Below are positions 1 through 9,032 of a stretch of DNA of 64,000 nt, one piece after another. The notes under the pieces are model-generated. The model was not told the DNA's origin and made no database searches. It worked only from the letters and a program-made list of their open reading frames with translations. Origin of the DNA: an uncultured Actinomycetes bacterium. Its GTDB lineage: Bacteria > Actinomycetota > Acidimicrobiia > Acidimicrobiales > Ilumatobacteraceae. A program made the position numbers and the translations under genes. The stretch spans positions 583,915 to 647,914 of the forward strand of contig CAWKBX010000009.1 in the NCBI GenBank assembly GCA_963847945.1, given 5' to 3'. The number at the start of each line of letters is the position of its first letter. Position 1 is the stretch's first letter.

Positions 1-18
1 GAGCAGAAGGCGCACTAC

Positions 19-881
19 GTGCCCCGATTGCTGTCCGGCGAGTACGCGTTCTGCCAGCTGTTCAGCGAGCCCGGCGCCGGCAGCGACCTGGCCGGTCTGG
101 CCTGCCGAGCGGTCCGCGACGGTGACGAGTTCGTCGTCACCGGCCAGAAGGTGTGGAACTCGGCCGCCCAGTTCTGCAACTGGGGCATGATCCTCGTGCG
201 TACCGATCCCGACGTGCCCAAGCACCGCGGCATCACGTTCCTGCTGGTCGACATGACCTCAGCCCGGGAATCGAGGTGCGCCCGCTGGTGCAGCCGACGG
301 GCGCGTCGGAGTTCAACGAGGTGTTCCTCAGCGAGGTGCGCATCCCGGTGGCCAACGTCATCGGCGAGATCAACGGCGGTTGGGCGCGCGGCGCGCACGG
401 TGCTGTCGAACGAGTCGGCGTTCATCGGGAGCGGCGGCGGCCGGCGGGTCGCATGCGAAGCTCGTCACTGCTCGCCGGCCGCTACGGCGGACTCGACGAC
501 CCGACGGTGCGCCAGACCCTCGCCACCACCTACACGCGTGAGTGCCTGCTGCGGGTGATGGGCGACCGCATCCTCGCCGCCGTCCGTCGCCGCGAGGCCC
601 CGCCGATGGACCCGTCGATTCTCAAGCTGTTCATCGCCGAGAACCGGGTGCAGTCAGCGGCAACCTGGCGATGGCAACTCGCCGGGCCGACCGGTATCGC
701 CACCGACGACGAGATCTCCCAGTGGATTCAGGCGCGAGCTGCATCGGCCGCTTCGGCGATCTCGATCGGCGGCGGCACCAACGAGGTGCAGCGCAACAAC
801 CTCGCCGAGCGCGCCCTCGGCCTGCCCAAGGAGATGCGCAACGACCACGAACTTGCCTGGAAGGACATCCCGCGGAGCTGA
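19..881 (+). pseudogene. acyl-CoA dehydrogenase, C-terminal part (5' end cut by the window edge; at least 3 frameshifts)
   Basis: The translation switches between frame 1 and frame 3 near 265, 400 and 450 but keeps ACAD motifs throughout: GITFLLVDM / [18 protein letters not shown] / [13 protein letters not shown] / IGGGTNEVQRNNLAERALGLPKE. Confidence 0.75.
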
Positions 882-914
882 CCCATCTGAGATCGGCGTT
901 CGCCGCCCCAGAGC

Positions 915-1499
915 TCAGACGCGGTGGATGGCGCGCAGACCGGCCCAGGCGAGATCGGAGACCTGCTGGGCGATCACGTCGGGATCGAAACGCATGCCAT
1001 CGGTGACCAGTTGACGACTGACGCCTTCGGCCAGACCGGCGAGGCCGTGAGCGACCGTGCGGCGATGGTGTTCGTCGACGTCGACGGCGATCAGCGGGGC
1101 GATCGCCTCGGCGGTGTGATCGACCACGCGGCGGACCGCTTCGGCAAACTCGGGCTCGGGAGGTGCCCCACTGTTGAACAGCAGACTGAACGCATCGCGG
1201 TCTTCATGCACCCAATGAAAGTACGCCCGGAAACCCTGCTCGGTTTGGGCCTTGCCACTCGCCGCGTTACTCGTCGCCTTGGAGATCGAGTCGATCAGCT
1301 TGCCACCCACCGCATCGAGCAGCGCCAGGTACAGCTCCCGCTTGGAGTCGAAGTGCTGGTAGAGCACCGGCTTGGTCACCCCGGCGGCATCGGCGATCTC
1401 GTTCATCGACGCGCCGTGATATCCCAGTCGGGCAAAGACCTCGAGGGCGACATCGAGCAGTTGCTCACGTCGAGCGGGGGCGGTGAGTCGAACAGACAT
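915..1499 (-). CDS. TetR family transcriptional regulator
   Basis: N-terminal HTH signature LGYHGASMNEIADAAGVTKPVLYQHF; ~190 aa size. Confidence 0.85.
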   Translation of the reverse strand: MSVRLTAPARREQLLDVALEVFARLGYHGASMNEIADAAGVTKPVLYQHFDSKRELYLALLDAVGGKLIDSISKATSNAASGKAQTEQGFRAYFHWVHEDRDAFSLLFNSGAPPEPEFAEAVRRVVDHTAEAIAPLIAVDVDEHHRRTVAHGLAGLAEGVSRQLVTDGMRFDPDVIAQQVSDLAWAGLRAIHRV

Positions 1500-1562
1500 G
1501 AGTTACTACATGGTAACCGACTTTCCGAACGCCCACCCAAGGAGTTCGATGACCTCGGTCCG

Positions 1563-1880
1563 CTACAGACCCTTTTCGCGATCGTCACGCTCGGCCGCCT
1601 TGACCCCGTAGCCCAACACCAGTGCCGGGGCCAGCAGAATCGATCCGGCGATCATGCAGGTCGTGATGATCGCCACCATCGTGCCATTGAACGAGAATGC
1701 GAACGCCATCACGAACACCGCAATGGCCAGGGCAAACAGCAGATATCCAACCCGGTTGGCGATCAGCGTCCAATGCGCCACCTTGGCGCGCCGAGCCCTC
1801 ACCGGATCGCCCGAAGTGTCCCGGGGCGCACTCGGTCGGTTGGCAGTCGATTCGTGCCCGTCTTCGCTCATGGCCCCCAT
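1563..1880 (-). CDS. small membrane protein (2 predicted TM helices)
   Basis: Internal Met start (MGAMSEDGH...) followed by two hydrophobic stretches, LLFALAIAVFVMAFAF and VAIITTCMIAGSILLAPALVLGY; sits between the TetR and hydratase genes. Confidence 0.4.
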   Translation of the reverse strand: MGAMSEDGHESTANRPSAPRDTSGDPVRARRAKVAHWTLIANRVGYLLFALAIAVFVMAFAFSFNGTMVAIITTCMIAGSILLAPALVLGYGVKAAERDDREKGL

Positions 1881-1907
1881 CGTTATCGACAGGTAGGGTC
1901 GTTTGCC

Positions 1908-2675
1908 ATGTCCGCTGAAACTTCGGTCGTTCAGGCCGCACCGGTTCGGGTCGAGATTCATGGTGCAGTGCAGCTGATCACGATCGATCGGCCATCGCGC
2001 CGTAACGCGGTCGACCACGCGACGCTGCTGGGTCTGATCCACGCGCAGGCGCAAGCGGCAGACGCCACCGGCGAGATTCGCGCCGTGGTACTGACGGGAG
2101 CAGCGCCGGCCTTCAGCGCAGGAGCCGACCTCACGGGCGCCGAGAGCGGCGAGTTCACCCGGCTGCTGCGCACCGTGCTGCAGGGCTTCGGCCGCCTGGC
2201 GATCACTACCCTCGCGGCAATCGACGGCCCGGCGCTCGGGGCCGGGACCCAGTTGGCGATCGCCTGCGACCTACGCGTTGCGACACCCACCAGCCGATTC
2301 GGTATTCCCGCGGCCCAACTCGGCCTGGCCGTCGACGAGTGGACCATCGAGCGGCTCGCCGCCCAGGCCGGCGCCTCGATTGCTCGCAATATGCTGCTCG
2401 CAGCGTCCACGTACACGGCCGAACAGTTGGAGCCGAGCGGGTTCATCCATCGCCGCGGCAATCTCGATGTCGCCATGGAGTGGGCCACGAAGATCGCCGG
2501 TCTCGCCCCGTTGACGATCGCCGCCCACAAGCTGGCCCTCGAGGCTCTGTTGCCTCCTCACCCGCACCGCGACCTCTTCGAGCAGGCCCGGCAGCGGGCA
2601 TGGGACAGCGCGGATGCCACCGAGGGGCGTCAGGCATTCCTCGAAAAGCGCCCGGCCAACTTCACCGGGGCCTGA
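1908..2675 (+). CDS. enoyl-CoA hydratase/isomerase family protein
   Basis: Crotonase fold motifs LITIDRPSRRNAV, AFSAGADL, AAIDGPALGAGTQLAIACDLRVA; the ATG at 1908 is the real start inside the longer ORF 924..2675. Confidence 0.85.
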   Translation: MSAETSVVQAAPVRVEIHGAVQLITIDRPSRRNAVDHATLLGLIHAQAQAADATGEIRAVVLTGAAPAFSAGADLTGAESGEFTRLLRTVLQGFGRLAITTLAAIDGPALGAGTQLAIACDLRVATPTSRFGIPAAQLGLAVDEWTIERLAAQAGASIARNMLLAASTYTAEQLEPSGFIHRRGNLDVAMEWATKIAGLAPLTIAAHKLALEALLPPHPHRDLFEQARQRAWDSADATEGRQAFLEKRPANFTGA

Positions 2676-2680
2676 TCAGG

Positions 2681-4069
2681 TCAGATGACGCTGAACGACA
2701 CCTGGCGCTGTTCAGGGTCGGCCCGCTCAAGTCGCAGCGACAAGACATCGCCCGGCGTCTTCCCCCGCACTTCGACACGGGCGATGATTGCCGGATCGTC
2801 GATCTGTACCTTCACCCCGCCGCGCTGGTCGATGTCGATCACCACGGCGCTGAACTGCTGCCCGATGCGACCCACCATCGACACCGCCTCGACGAGATCG
2901 ACCACCTCTCGTTCGATTTTCGACGTCCTCGCCTCGGCGGCGTCCATCACCTCGGGCAGCCGCTCGAAGGCCTCTAGCACCTCGGCCGGAACCGCCCGTC
3001 CGGCACTGAGGGCGACGACCGTGGCCAATACATACCGATCGGCCAAGCGGCGTAACGGGGCCGTGGCGTGCGCATACGTCGAAGCGATCGCGGCATGCCA
3101 CGGGGCCACCCCCGGGGTGAACGGCGCGTAGCTCGCGCCACCAGAGGCCCGGCGAACCGACAACAGAAATGCCGCCGCCTTGGGATCTTCGGTCGACAGC
3201 GACCGGGCGAACCGGTCGAGCGGCGTGTCACGAGTCCACCGCAGGCCCAGGCAGTGGGCGGCGTGGCGCAGACCCTTCACCTCGCGGGCGTCGGGCTCTT
3301 CCATCACCCGAAACAGCCCGACTCCGGCCGACTGCATCGCCCTGGCGACGGCCAGGTTGGCCGCCAGCGACATCGTCGCGTTGTCATCCTCGCTGGCCAG
3401 TCGGGGCCGGATACGCAGCTCGAAGCCACCATCGGGCGCGTCGACGATCTCCTGCTCGGGGAACTCCACCCGGCTCGCCCCTCGGGCATCCTCGTCACCA
3501 CGGATCCGGCGAGCCAGTTCGGCCAACGCCGGGGGAAGGTCGCCTGGGCCGACGGCGTCGTAGGCGAGCTTGGCTCGGCTGCGGATCATCGCCCGTTCGG
3601 CCGACCGCAAGGTCGCCTTGCCCCGCGGATCGACGGCAACCGTCATCACCACCGCCGGTCGCGGGCCATCCGGAAGCAGGCTGGCGGCCGCCTCGGCCAA
3701 CGCCGGGGGGTACACCCCCGCCTTGCCGTCGGGCAGGTACACCGTGAGCGCCCGGTTCCAGGCTTCGAGATCGAGAGCCGAGCCAGGAGCGACGAACGCC
3801 TCGACGTCGGCGATCGCATAGTGCAACACCACGTCGTCACCATCGGTCGACACCGCAAACGCCTGGTCAAGATCGGTCGACGATGCCGGATCGAGCGTCG
3901 CAAACGGGATCTCGGTGCGGTCGGGGCGATCGCCCGGCCGAAAGTCGGCCGCAGCCTGCCGGGCTGCGTCGTTGAGCGCGTCGGAGAACCCGGTGGGGAC
4001 CTCGTGTTCACGCCGCAGGCGCCCGATCCCCGCGGAAAGAACCTGTTCATGGGTGATATCGCGCATCAT
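2681..4069 (-). CDS. RNB-domain exoribonuclease (RNase II/R family)
   Basis: Length and RNB-like core; the start is taken at the MMRDITHEQ methionines and overlaps the stop of the upstream hydratase. Confidence 0.7.
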   Translation of the reverse strand: MMRDITHEQVLSAGIGRLRREHEVPTGFSDALNDAARQAAADFRPGDRPDRTEIPFATLDPASSTDLDQAFAVSTDGDDVVLHYAIADVEAFVAPGSALDLEAWNRALTVYLPDGKAGVYPPALAEAAASLLPDGPRPAVVMTVAVDPRGKATLRSAERAMIRSRAKLAYDAVGPGDLPPALAELARRIRGDEDARGASRVEFPEQEIVDAPDGGFELRIRPRLASEDDNATMSLAANLAVARAMQSAGVGLFRVMEEPDAREVKGLRHAAHCLGLRWTRDTPLDRFARSLSTEDPKAAAFLLSVRRASGGASYAPFTPGVAPWHAAIASTYAHATAPLRRLADRYVLATVVALSAGRAVPAEVLEAFERLPEVMDAAEARTSKIEREVVDLVEAVSMVGRIGQQFSAVVIDIDQRGGVKVQIDDPAIIARVEVRGKTPGDVLSLRLERADPEQRQVSFSVI

Positions 4070-4860
4070 CGTCCTACATAGCGGGCTGGCCGCTTCTCGA
4101 GGAAGGCCCGGGCGCCCTCGCGGTGATCTTCGGTTTGGAACAGCTCGCCCAACGTCGACGACACCCACACACCCAGCGACTTCCACTCCGGGTCGACGGC
4201 TCGCCGCAGTCCGGCCTTCAGTCGTTGCACCGCCAGCGGGGGATTCGAGGCGATCCGCCCCGCCACGGCCATCGCCGTGTCGAGGAGATCGTCATGCAGC
4301 ACGACTCGCGACACCAGACCCATCGACAAGGCGGTCGCGGCGTCGATCACCTCACCGGTGAACAGCAGCTCGGCGGCGCGCTCGCGCCCGACTAGTTGAG
4401 CAAGTCGCCCCAGCCCGGCAACATCGGACACCAGCCCGCGGAGCACGAACAATTCTCCAAACCTCGCCCGTTCACTGGCGACGCGGATGTCGGCCATCAA
4501 GGCCAGTTCCATACCCCAACCCACCGCGGAGCCATTGACGGCGGCGATGATCGGCACATCAGTGTGCAACAGCGCGTCGGCCGCCGGAGTCAGCTGCGGG
4601 TGGCGACCGGCGGTCGACATCACCGGGGTGTGCCCCTCGGCCCCGCCACCCATCACTTGGCGGACGTCGTCCCCTGAACAGAACGCCGGATCAACACCGG
4701 TGATGATCAAGCATCGAGCCGTGGTGGTTCGCACCAATCGCTCAAGTTCCGCATACATCGCGTGAGTGAGCGCGTTGCGGGTGGCCGGACGGTTGAGAGT
4801 GATCAGCCCGACGTGCTCACGCTCGTCGTAGACCACGTCGTCGACGGCCGATTTGCTCAA
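4066..4860 (-). CDS. enoyl-CoA hydratase/crotonase family protein
   Basis: Crotonase motifs ITLNRPATRNAL, AFCSGDDV, AAVNGSAVGWGMELALMADIRVA; a TTG start overlaps the mreB stop (TTGA). Confidence 0.8.
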   Translation of the reverse strand: MSKSAVDDVVYDEREHVGLITLNRPATRNALTHAMYAELERLVRTTTARCLIITGVDPAFCSGDDVRQVMGGGAEGHTPVMSTAGRHPQLTPAADALLHTDVPIIAAVNGSAVGWGMELALMADIRVASERARFGELFVLRGLVSDVAGLGRLAQLVGRERAAELLFTGEVIDAATALSMGLVSRVVLHDDLLDTAMAVAGRIASNPPLAVQRLKAGLRRAVDPEWKSLGVWVSSTLGELFQTEDHREGARAFLEKRPARYVGR

Positions 4861-5861
4861 CGGCGGGCTCCCATGAACATCGTCTTGAGCGCCTCGTAGT
4901 GCTCGATGCAATGGCCGGCGCCGAGGACGACGGCTTCGAGCGGCATCGGCGACATATGTACCGGCACCTGGGTTTCCCGCTCGATTCGATGGGCCAAACC
5001 GCGCAGCATGCCGCCACCCCCGCACAGGAACATGCCGCGGATCAAGAAGTCCTGCGCCAATTCCGGCGGAGCTTTCGACAGACAGCGGATCACCGATTGG
5101 ACGATCGCCGCAACCACGTCTTCGATTGCCCCGCGAATCTCTTGGGGGTTGAGGGTCACCGTCTTGGGTAGGCCGCTCATCAGGTCGCGACCGCGAACCT
5201 CGGCATGGGACTCGTCGGGCGTGGGGTCGGCCGAGCCAATGGCGACCTTGATCTCCTCCGCCGTGCGCTCGCCAATGGCGATGCCGTGCTCCCGGCGCAC
5301 ATAGCTCTGGATCGCGTTGTCGATGTCGAACGACCCGACCCGCACCGCTTCCAACGCCACGATGCCGCCAAGGGAGATGACCGCAGTCTCAGATGTGCCG
5401 CCGCCGATATCGATGACCATGTTTCCGACCGGTTCGTCGATCGGCAGGTCGGCCCCGATGGCCGCGGCCATCGGCTGCTCGATCAACTGAGCATCGGCCG
5501 CGCCGGCCCGTCGGGCGGCATCGGTCACCGCGCGTCGCTCGACCTCGGTGATCGCCGAGGGCACGCAGATGACCACCTTCGGCCGGTTGAAACGGGTCAC
5601 ACCGACCCGCTGTAACAGCAGGCGGATCATTTTCTCGGTGATCTGGAAGTCGGTGATCGCGCCACCGCGCAGCGGCCGGACGGCGACGATGTAGCCGGGC
5701 GTACGACCGATCATCTGCCACGCTTCGCGACCGGTAGCAAGCACCTCGCCGGTCTGACGGTTGAGGGCGATGACCGAGGGCTCGTTGAGTACGATGCCCC
5801 GACCCTTCATGTAGACCAGGGTGTTGGCGGTGCCGAGATCGATGGCGAGGTCGCGCGCCAC
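4857..5861 (-). CDS. mreB: rod shape-determining protein MreB (actin-like ATPase)
   Basis: Canonical MreB sequence along the whole protein: DLGTANTLVY..., NEPSVIA, DIGGGTSE, LCGGGGMLRGL. Confidence 0.9.
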   Translation of the reverse strand: MARDLAIDLGTANTLVYMKGRGIVLNEPSVIALNRQTGEVLATGREAWQMIGRTPGYIVAVRPLRGGAITDFQITEKMIRLLLQRVGVTRFNRPKVVICVPSAITEVERRAVTDAARRAGAADAQLIEQPMAAAIGADLPIDEPVGNMVIDIGGGTSETAVISLGGIVALEAVRVGSFDIDNAIQSYVRREHGIAIGERTAEEIKVAIGSADPTPDESHAEVRGRDLMSGLPKTVTLNPQEIRGAIEDVVAAIVQSVIRCLSKAPPELAQDFLIRGMFLCGGGGMLRGLAHRIERETQVPVHMSPMPLEAVVLGAGHCIEHYEALKTMFMGARR

Positions 5862-5863
5862 GA

Positions 5864-6070
5864 CTACTCCTCACGCCAATCGTCATCGCGACGGGCGTCC
5901 TGCACCCGGTCGATGACCTCGCGGCGGGCGTCGGACGACAACGCGTCCATGTGCGCCCGGTGGCGCGACAACCCGTCGATCGGGCCACCACCCGATCGGC
6001 TGCGGAGCACCACCAGGGCAATGCCCGCGGCCACGATCAGCAGCCCCAGAATGATTGCTACGGTCTTCAT
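5864..6070 (-). CDS. small single-pass membrane protein
   Basis: MKTVAIILGLLIVAAGIALVVL transmembrane segment followed by a charged tail; 4-nt overlap with moaE upstream and adjacent to mreB downstream. Confidence 0.4.
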   Translation of the reverse strand: MKTVAIILGLLIVAAGIALVVLRSRSGGGPIDGLSRHRAHMDALSSDARREVIDRVQDARRDDDWREE

Positions 6071-6555
6071 CGGTTCCCGTCCACTGCCCCCGGCACGGTG
6101 ATGTGCTGGGCGCCCAGCGCCCAATCGGCACCAGCGTTCCACACCTCGTGCTTCCAGATCGGGACGCTCGCCTTCAGGGCATCGATACCGAACCGGGCCG
6201 CCTCGAATGCTTCGGGGCGATGCGGCGACGATACGACGACGATGACCGACGACTCCCCCAGCCCCAGCTGCCCTAAACGATGCAACAACACCACCCGACC
6301 CACCGTCGGCCACCGGGTGCGAATCTCGTCGTCGATCTGCATCAACCGCGGCAACGCCTGTTCTTCGTATGCCTCATAGGTGAGGTGGGAAACGTCGTCG
6401 CGACCATCAGCATGGTCACGCACCGTGCCCGAGAAGAGCACGACTGCTCCACACGACGGCTTCACTGCCCACTCATAGGCGGTGCCCACCGGAAGTTCAA
6501 GATCGGTCAGCGCGATCCACGTCTCGCCGTCGGGGGGTACCAGCACGCTGCGCAT
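6067..6555 (-). CDS. moaE: molybdopterin synthase catalytic subunit MoaE
   Basis: MoaE-like sequence (~160 aa, VLFSGTVRDH..., HRLGQLGLGESSVIVVVSSPHR). Confidence 0.7.
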   Translation of the reverse strand: MRSVLVPPDGETWIALTDLELPVGTAYEWAVKPSCGAVVLFSGTVRDHADGRDDVSHLTYEAYEEQALPRLMQIDDEIRTRWPTVGRVVLLHRLGQLGLGESSVIVVVSSPHRPEAFEAARFGIDALKASVPIWKHEVWNAGADWALGAQHITVPGAVDGNR

Positions 6556-6692
6556 CGTAGCCCGACAAGGGTCGATCGCACCTGGTGGCGATGCGGTGCC
6601 ACCGACCGACGGCCACGCCGGGGGTCGCTCGGATCGCCAGGCGTTCCGGGGGCGCGGCCACTTGCGCGCCCAAGGTCATTACCGTAGGGGTT

Positions 6693-7904
6693 GTGAATGA
6701 CGGCGCGTGGGAGGGGGACGACTCGATACCCCCTGCTCCCGTTCCCCGCCACGAACGGGAATGGCGCCATCCATCCGAGCTCGGACGCCCCGAGCTGGCG
6801 ACCTTCGAGACCCGCTCGGTCAGTCGAGCAGCCCTCGCCGTCGCCGGGCTGACCGGCGTCGCCCTGAGCCTCGTTCTCGGCCGAATGCTGATTCCGAGCG
6901 GCGGGGGGAACACGACCCCCATCGCCGAACCAGCCTCGTCGACCATCCGCCCGGTCCCGGTTACCCTCGTGATCCCGTCATCACGTGGCGTGCCAACCAC
7001 GATCAAGCCTCCCGAGCCGGAGCCGACAGTTCTCGACACCGTCGAACCGGCGACGACACCAACACCCCCACCGACCGGCGAGGCGGTCCCTCAGACGGTA
7101 ACCGAGCCGTCGCTGGCCACGTTAGCGAGCCCCGAACCGAGTATCGGGGCAGCGGTCGTGTCGATCGGTGGCACCGAGCACCTGGGGGTGCTGTGGAACG
7201 GTCGATACGCAATCGCCACGGCTGGTGCCGGCGATCTCGGGGCAACCGTGTCCCTACTCCTCGCCGACGGCTCGACGCTCGACTCGATCGTTGTCGCCCA
7301 AGACGCCGGATTGGTATTGCTCGAACTCGTCGAACCGACGCATGCCGATGAGGTCTCGGCGGCATGGCCTCCCGAAGGAGCCACCCGCTACATCGGCACC
7401 GACGGTTCGATCTCCCCAGTCGACGTCGTGCCGGGCGACGACGGCACTTACCTGCTCCGTGACAGCGCAACGACCGAGCAACACTCCACTCGCCAGGGAA
7501 CCCCGGTGATCGACAGTCAGGGCCGGTTGGTCGGCATGTGCGCTCCCATTTCCGACGGCTCGAGCACGTTGGTGTCGTGGATCCCCGTCGAGGCGCTGAT
7601 CGACCGAGCCGATCAGCTCGGCGCGTGGCTCGGCATTCGATCAGGACCGGAGCCCACCGGGCCGGCGACGATCGCCGAAGTCGCCCCCGGGGCACCGGCC
7701 GAAGCGGCGGGTCTCATGGTCGGCGACGTGGTGACAGCAATCGACGGACGCCCCGTCGGCTCGTTGAGCGAGCTCGGAGGTCGACTCCGGGTGATCAGCC
7801 CCGGTACCACCGTCACCTTGACCGTGCAACGATCTGACGCCGAGATCACGCTGGTCATCACCACCGCCGGTCGGCCGAAAGTGGCCGACTCCAACGACGA
7901 CTGA
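6693..7904 (+). CDS. membrane-anchored trypsin-like/PDZ domain protein (HtrA-like, catalytic Ser motif not evident)
   Basis: N-terminal TM (ALAVAGLTGVALSLVLG), Pro/Thr-rich linker and a C-terminal PDZ domain (GLMVGDVVTAIDGRPVGSLSELG). The protease-like core has GTPVIDSQGRLVGM where GNSGGPL is expected. The GTG start is uncertain. Confidence 0.6.
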   Translation: MNDGAWEGDDSIPPAPVPRHEREWRHPSELGRPELATFETRSVSRAALAVAGLTGVALSLVLGRMLIPSGGGNTTPIAEPASSTIRPVPVTLVIPSSRGVPTTIKPPEPEPTVLDTVEPATTPTPPPTGEAVPQTVTEPSLATLASPEPSIGAAVVSIGGTEHLGVLWNGRYAIATAGAGDLGATVSLLLADGSTLDSIVVAQDAGLVLLELVEPTHADEVSAAWPPEGATRYIGTDGSISPVDVVPGDDGTYLLRDSATTEQHSTRQGTPVIDSQGRLVGMCAPISDGSSTLVSWIPVEALIDRADQLGAWLGIRSGPEPTGPATIAEVAPGAPAEAAGLMVGDVVTAIDGRPVGSLSELGGRLRVISPGTTVTLTVQRSDAEITLVITTAGRPKVADSNDD

Positions 7905-7915
7905 CCGGTGTTCGA

Positions 7916-8905
7916 CTAGCGACGCGCTCGACGAGCGACCCTGACGACACCCAATGCGACGGCCACGACGCCGCCGACCATGGCGCCGAGGGCCAACTCC
8001 TGCTTGCGCTGCGGGGTCAACATCGTCCACCACCGGGCCTCGGTGCCCTCGACGTAGGCCTGCTCGTTGGTCACGGTCGGCCGCCATCCAGCCGCCTTCA
8101 AGCGGTCGTTGGCGACGAGCCACGGGTGTTGGGCGAACGGCCAGAGTCCGGGTGGAATCGGCCCGCGTTGAAACCGCCAGCGGACGTCGACCGCCGCTTC
8201 GATCAGCCACGCCGGCAGCCGGATCCGCGGGGGCGTTCCCGCCAGCGCTCGCACGGTCTCACCGGCCACCCAACCATCAGGAGCCACATTGAACACCCCG
8301 TCAAGGTGCTGGTCATGGCCCAGAACGACGGCGGAGGCCAGATCGTCGAAATGCAGGAACTGGGCCGGTGGATCCTCCTCGTCGAGCCTCGCTCCGATCC
8401 CGGCGGCCAGGGCGCGGACCACGCTGCTCGTGCCGTCGGCGGCCAACGTCAGCACGGGGCGTAGCACCGTCACGGTTCGTCCCGGAACCGCCAGGCGCCA
8501 GGCATCGACCATCTGCTCGACCTGGGCGAGTTGATGGGCGAACCCGAAGCTGACGTCGGCCCGCAGCGGAGCCTCCTCGGTCAACGGAACCGGATTGTTC
8601 GGCCAGGCGCCATAGACCATGGCCGACGACAGCAGCACCATGTGGGTAACCCGGGCGGCAGCCGGATCGGCCAGCACCTGTTCGGTGACTCGCAGGGCGT
8701 TCGCGCCACGTTCGGCCAGCGTGTCGTGGTCGCCGGCGGTCAAATGAAGCAGGCAATCCGCGTCGACGTAGCGATCGGACCGTCGCGATCGATGCAGCCG
8801 CCGATCAGACTCGATGGTGACCACGTCGAGGTCGGCTCGATCGGCCAACAACTTCAGCACCCGGGTACCCAGCGCCCCCGCGGCTCCGGTCACGAGCGTG
8901 GTCAC
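7916..8905 (-). CDS. NAD-dependent epimerase/dehydratase family protein
   Basis: Rossmann motif VTTLVTGAAGALG; the GTG start at 8905 lies 20-25 nt downstream of the intron 3' end. The longer ORF reaching 9142 runs through intron RNA. Confidence 0.75.
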   Translation of the reverse strand: MTTLVTGAAGALGTRVLKLLADRADLDVVTIESDRRLHRSRRSDRYVDADCLLHLTAGDHDTLAERGANALRVTEQVLADPAAARVTHMVLLSSAMVYGAWPNNPVPLTEEAPLRADVSFGFAHQLAQVEQMVDAWRLAVPGRTVTVLRPVLTLAADGTSSVVRALAAGIGARLDEEDPPAQFLHFDDLASAVVLGHDQHLDGVFNVAPDGWVAGETVRALAGTPPRIRLPAWLIEAAVDVRWRFQRGPIPPGLWPFAQHPWLVANDRLKAAGWRPTVTNEQAYVEGTEARWWTMLTPQRKQELALGAMVGGVVAVALGVVRVARRARR

Positions 8906-8977
8906 TGGTCCGCACTCCGGTTCATTGGTAGTCAGGGGCGCGGTGCTGTTGCCAGCCCGTTTCCCCATCCCCCTTTC

Positions 8978-9010
8978 AATCCGTGCGTGCGGTTTTCCCG
9001 CACACGGCTT
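8978..9010 (-). ncRNA. group II intron domain V (catalytic hairpin)
   Basis: The minus strand reads AAGCCGUGUGCGGGAAAACCGCACGCACGGAUU: an AGC triad, 2-nt bulge and GAAA-type loop, matching the DV consensus GAGCCGUAUGCG..CGCACGUACGGUUC. Confidence 0.7.
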
Positions 9011-9032
9011 ACCTTCGTGCTTCTGGACATTG

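Noticed and set aside
924-2675. 583-aa plus-strand ORF spanning antisense to the TetR gene and into the enoyl-CoA hydratase
   Set aside because: Only the last ~255 aa (from the ATG at 1908) look like a real protein (crotonase). The upstream part is antisense to a well-supported TetR gene and is Arg/Gly/His-rich high-GC noise.
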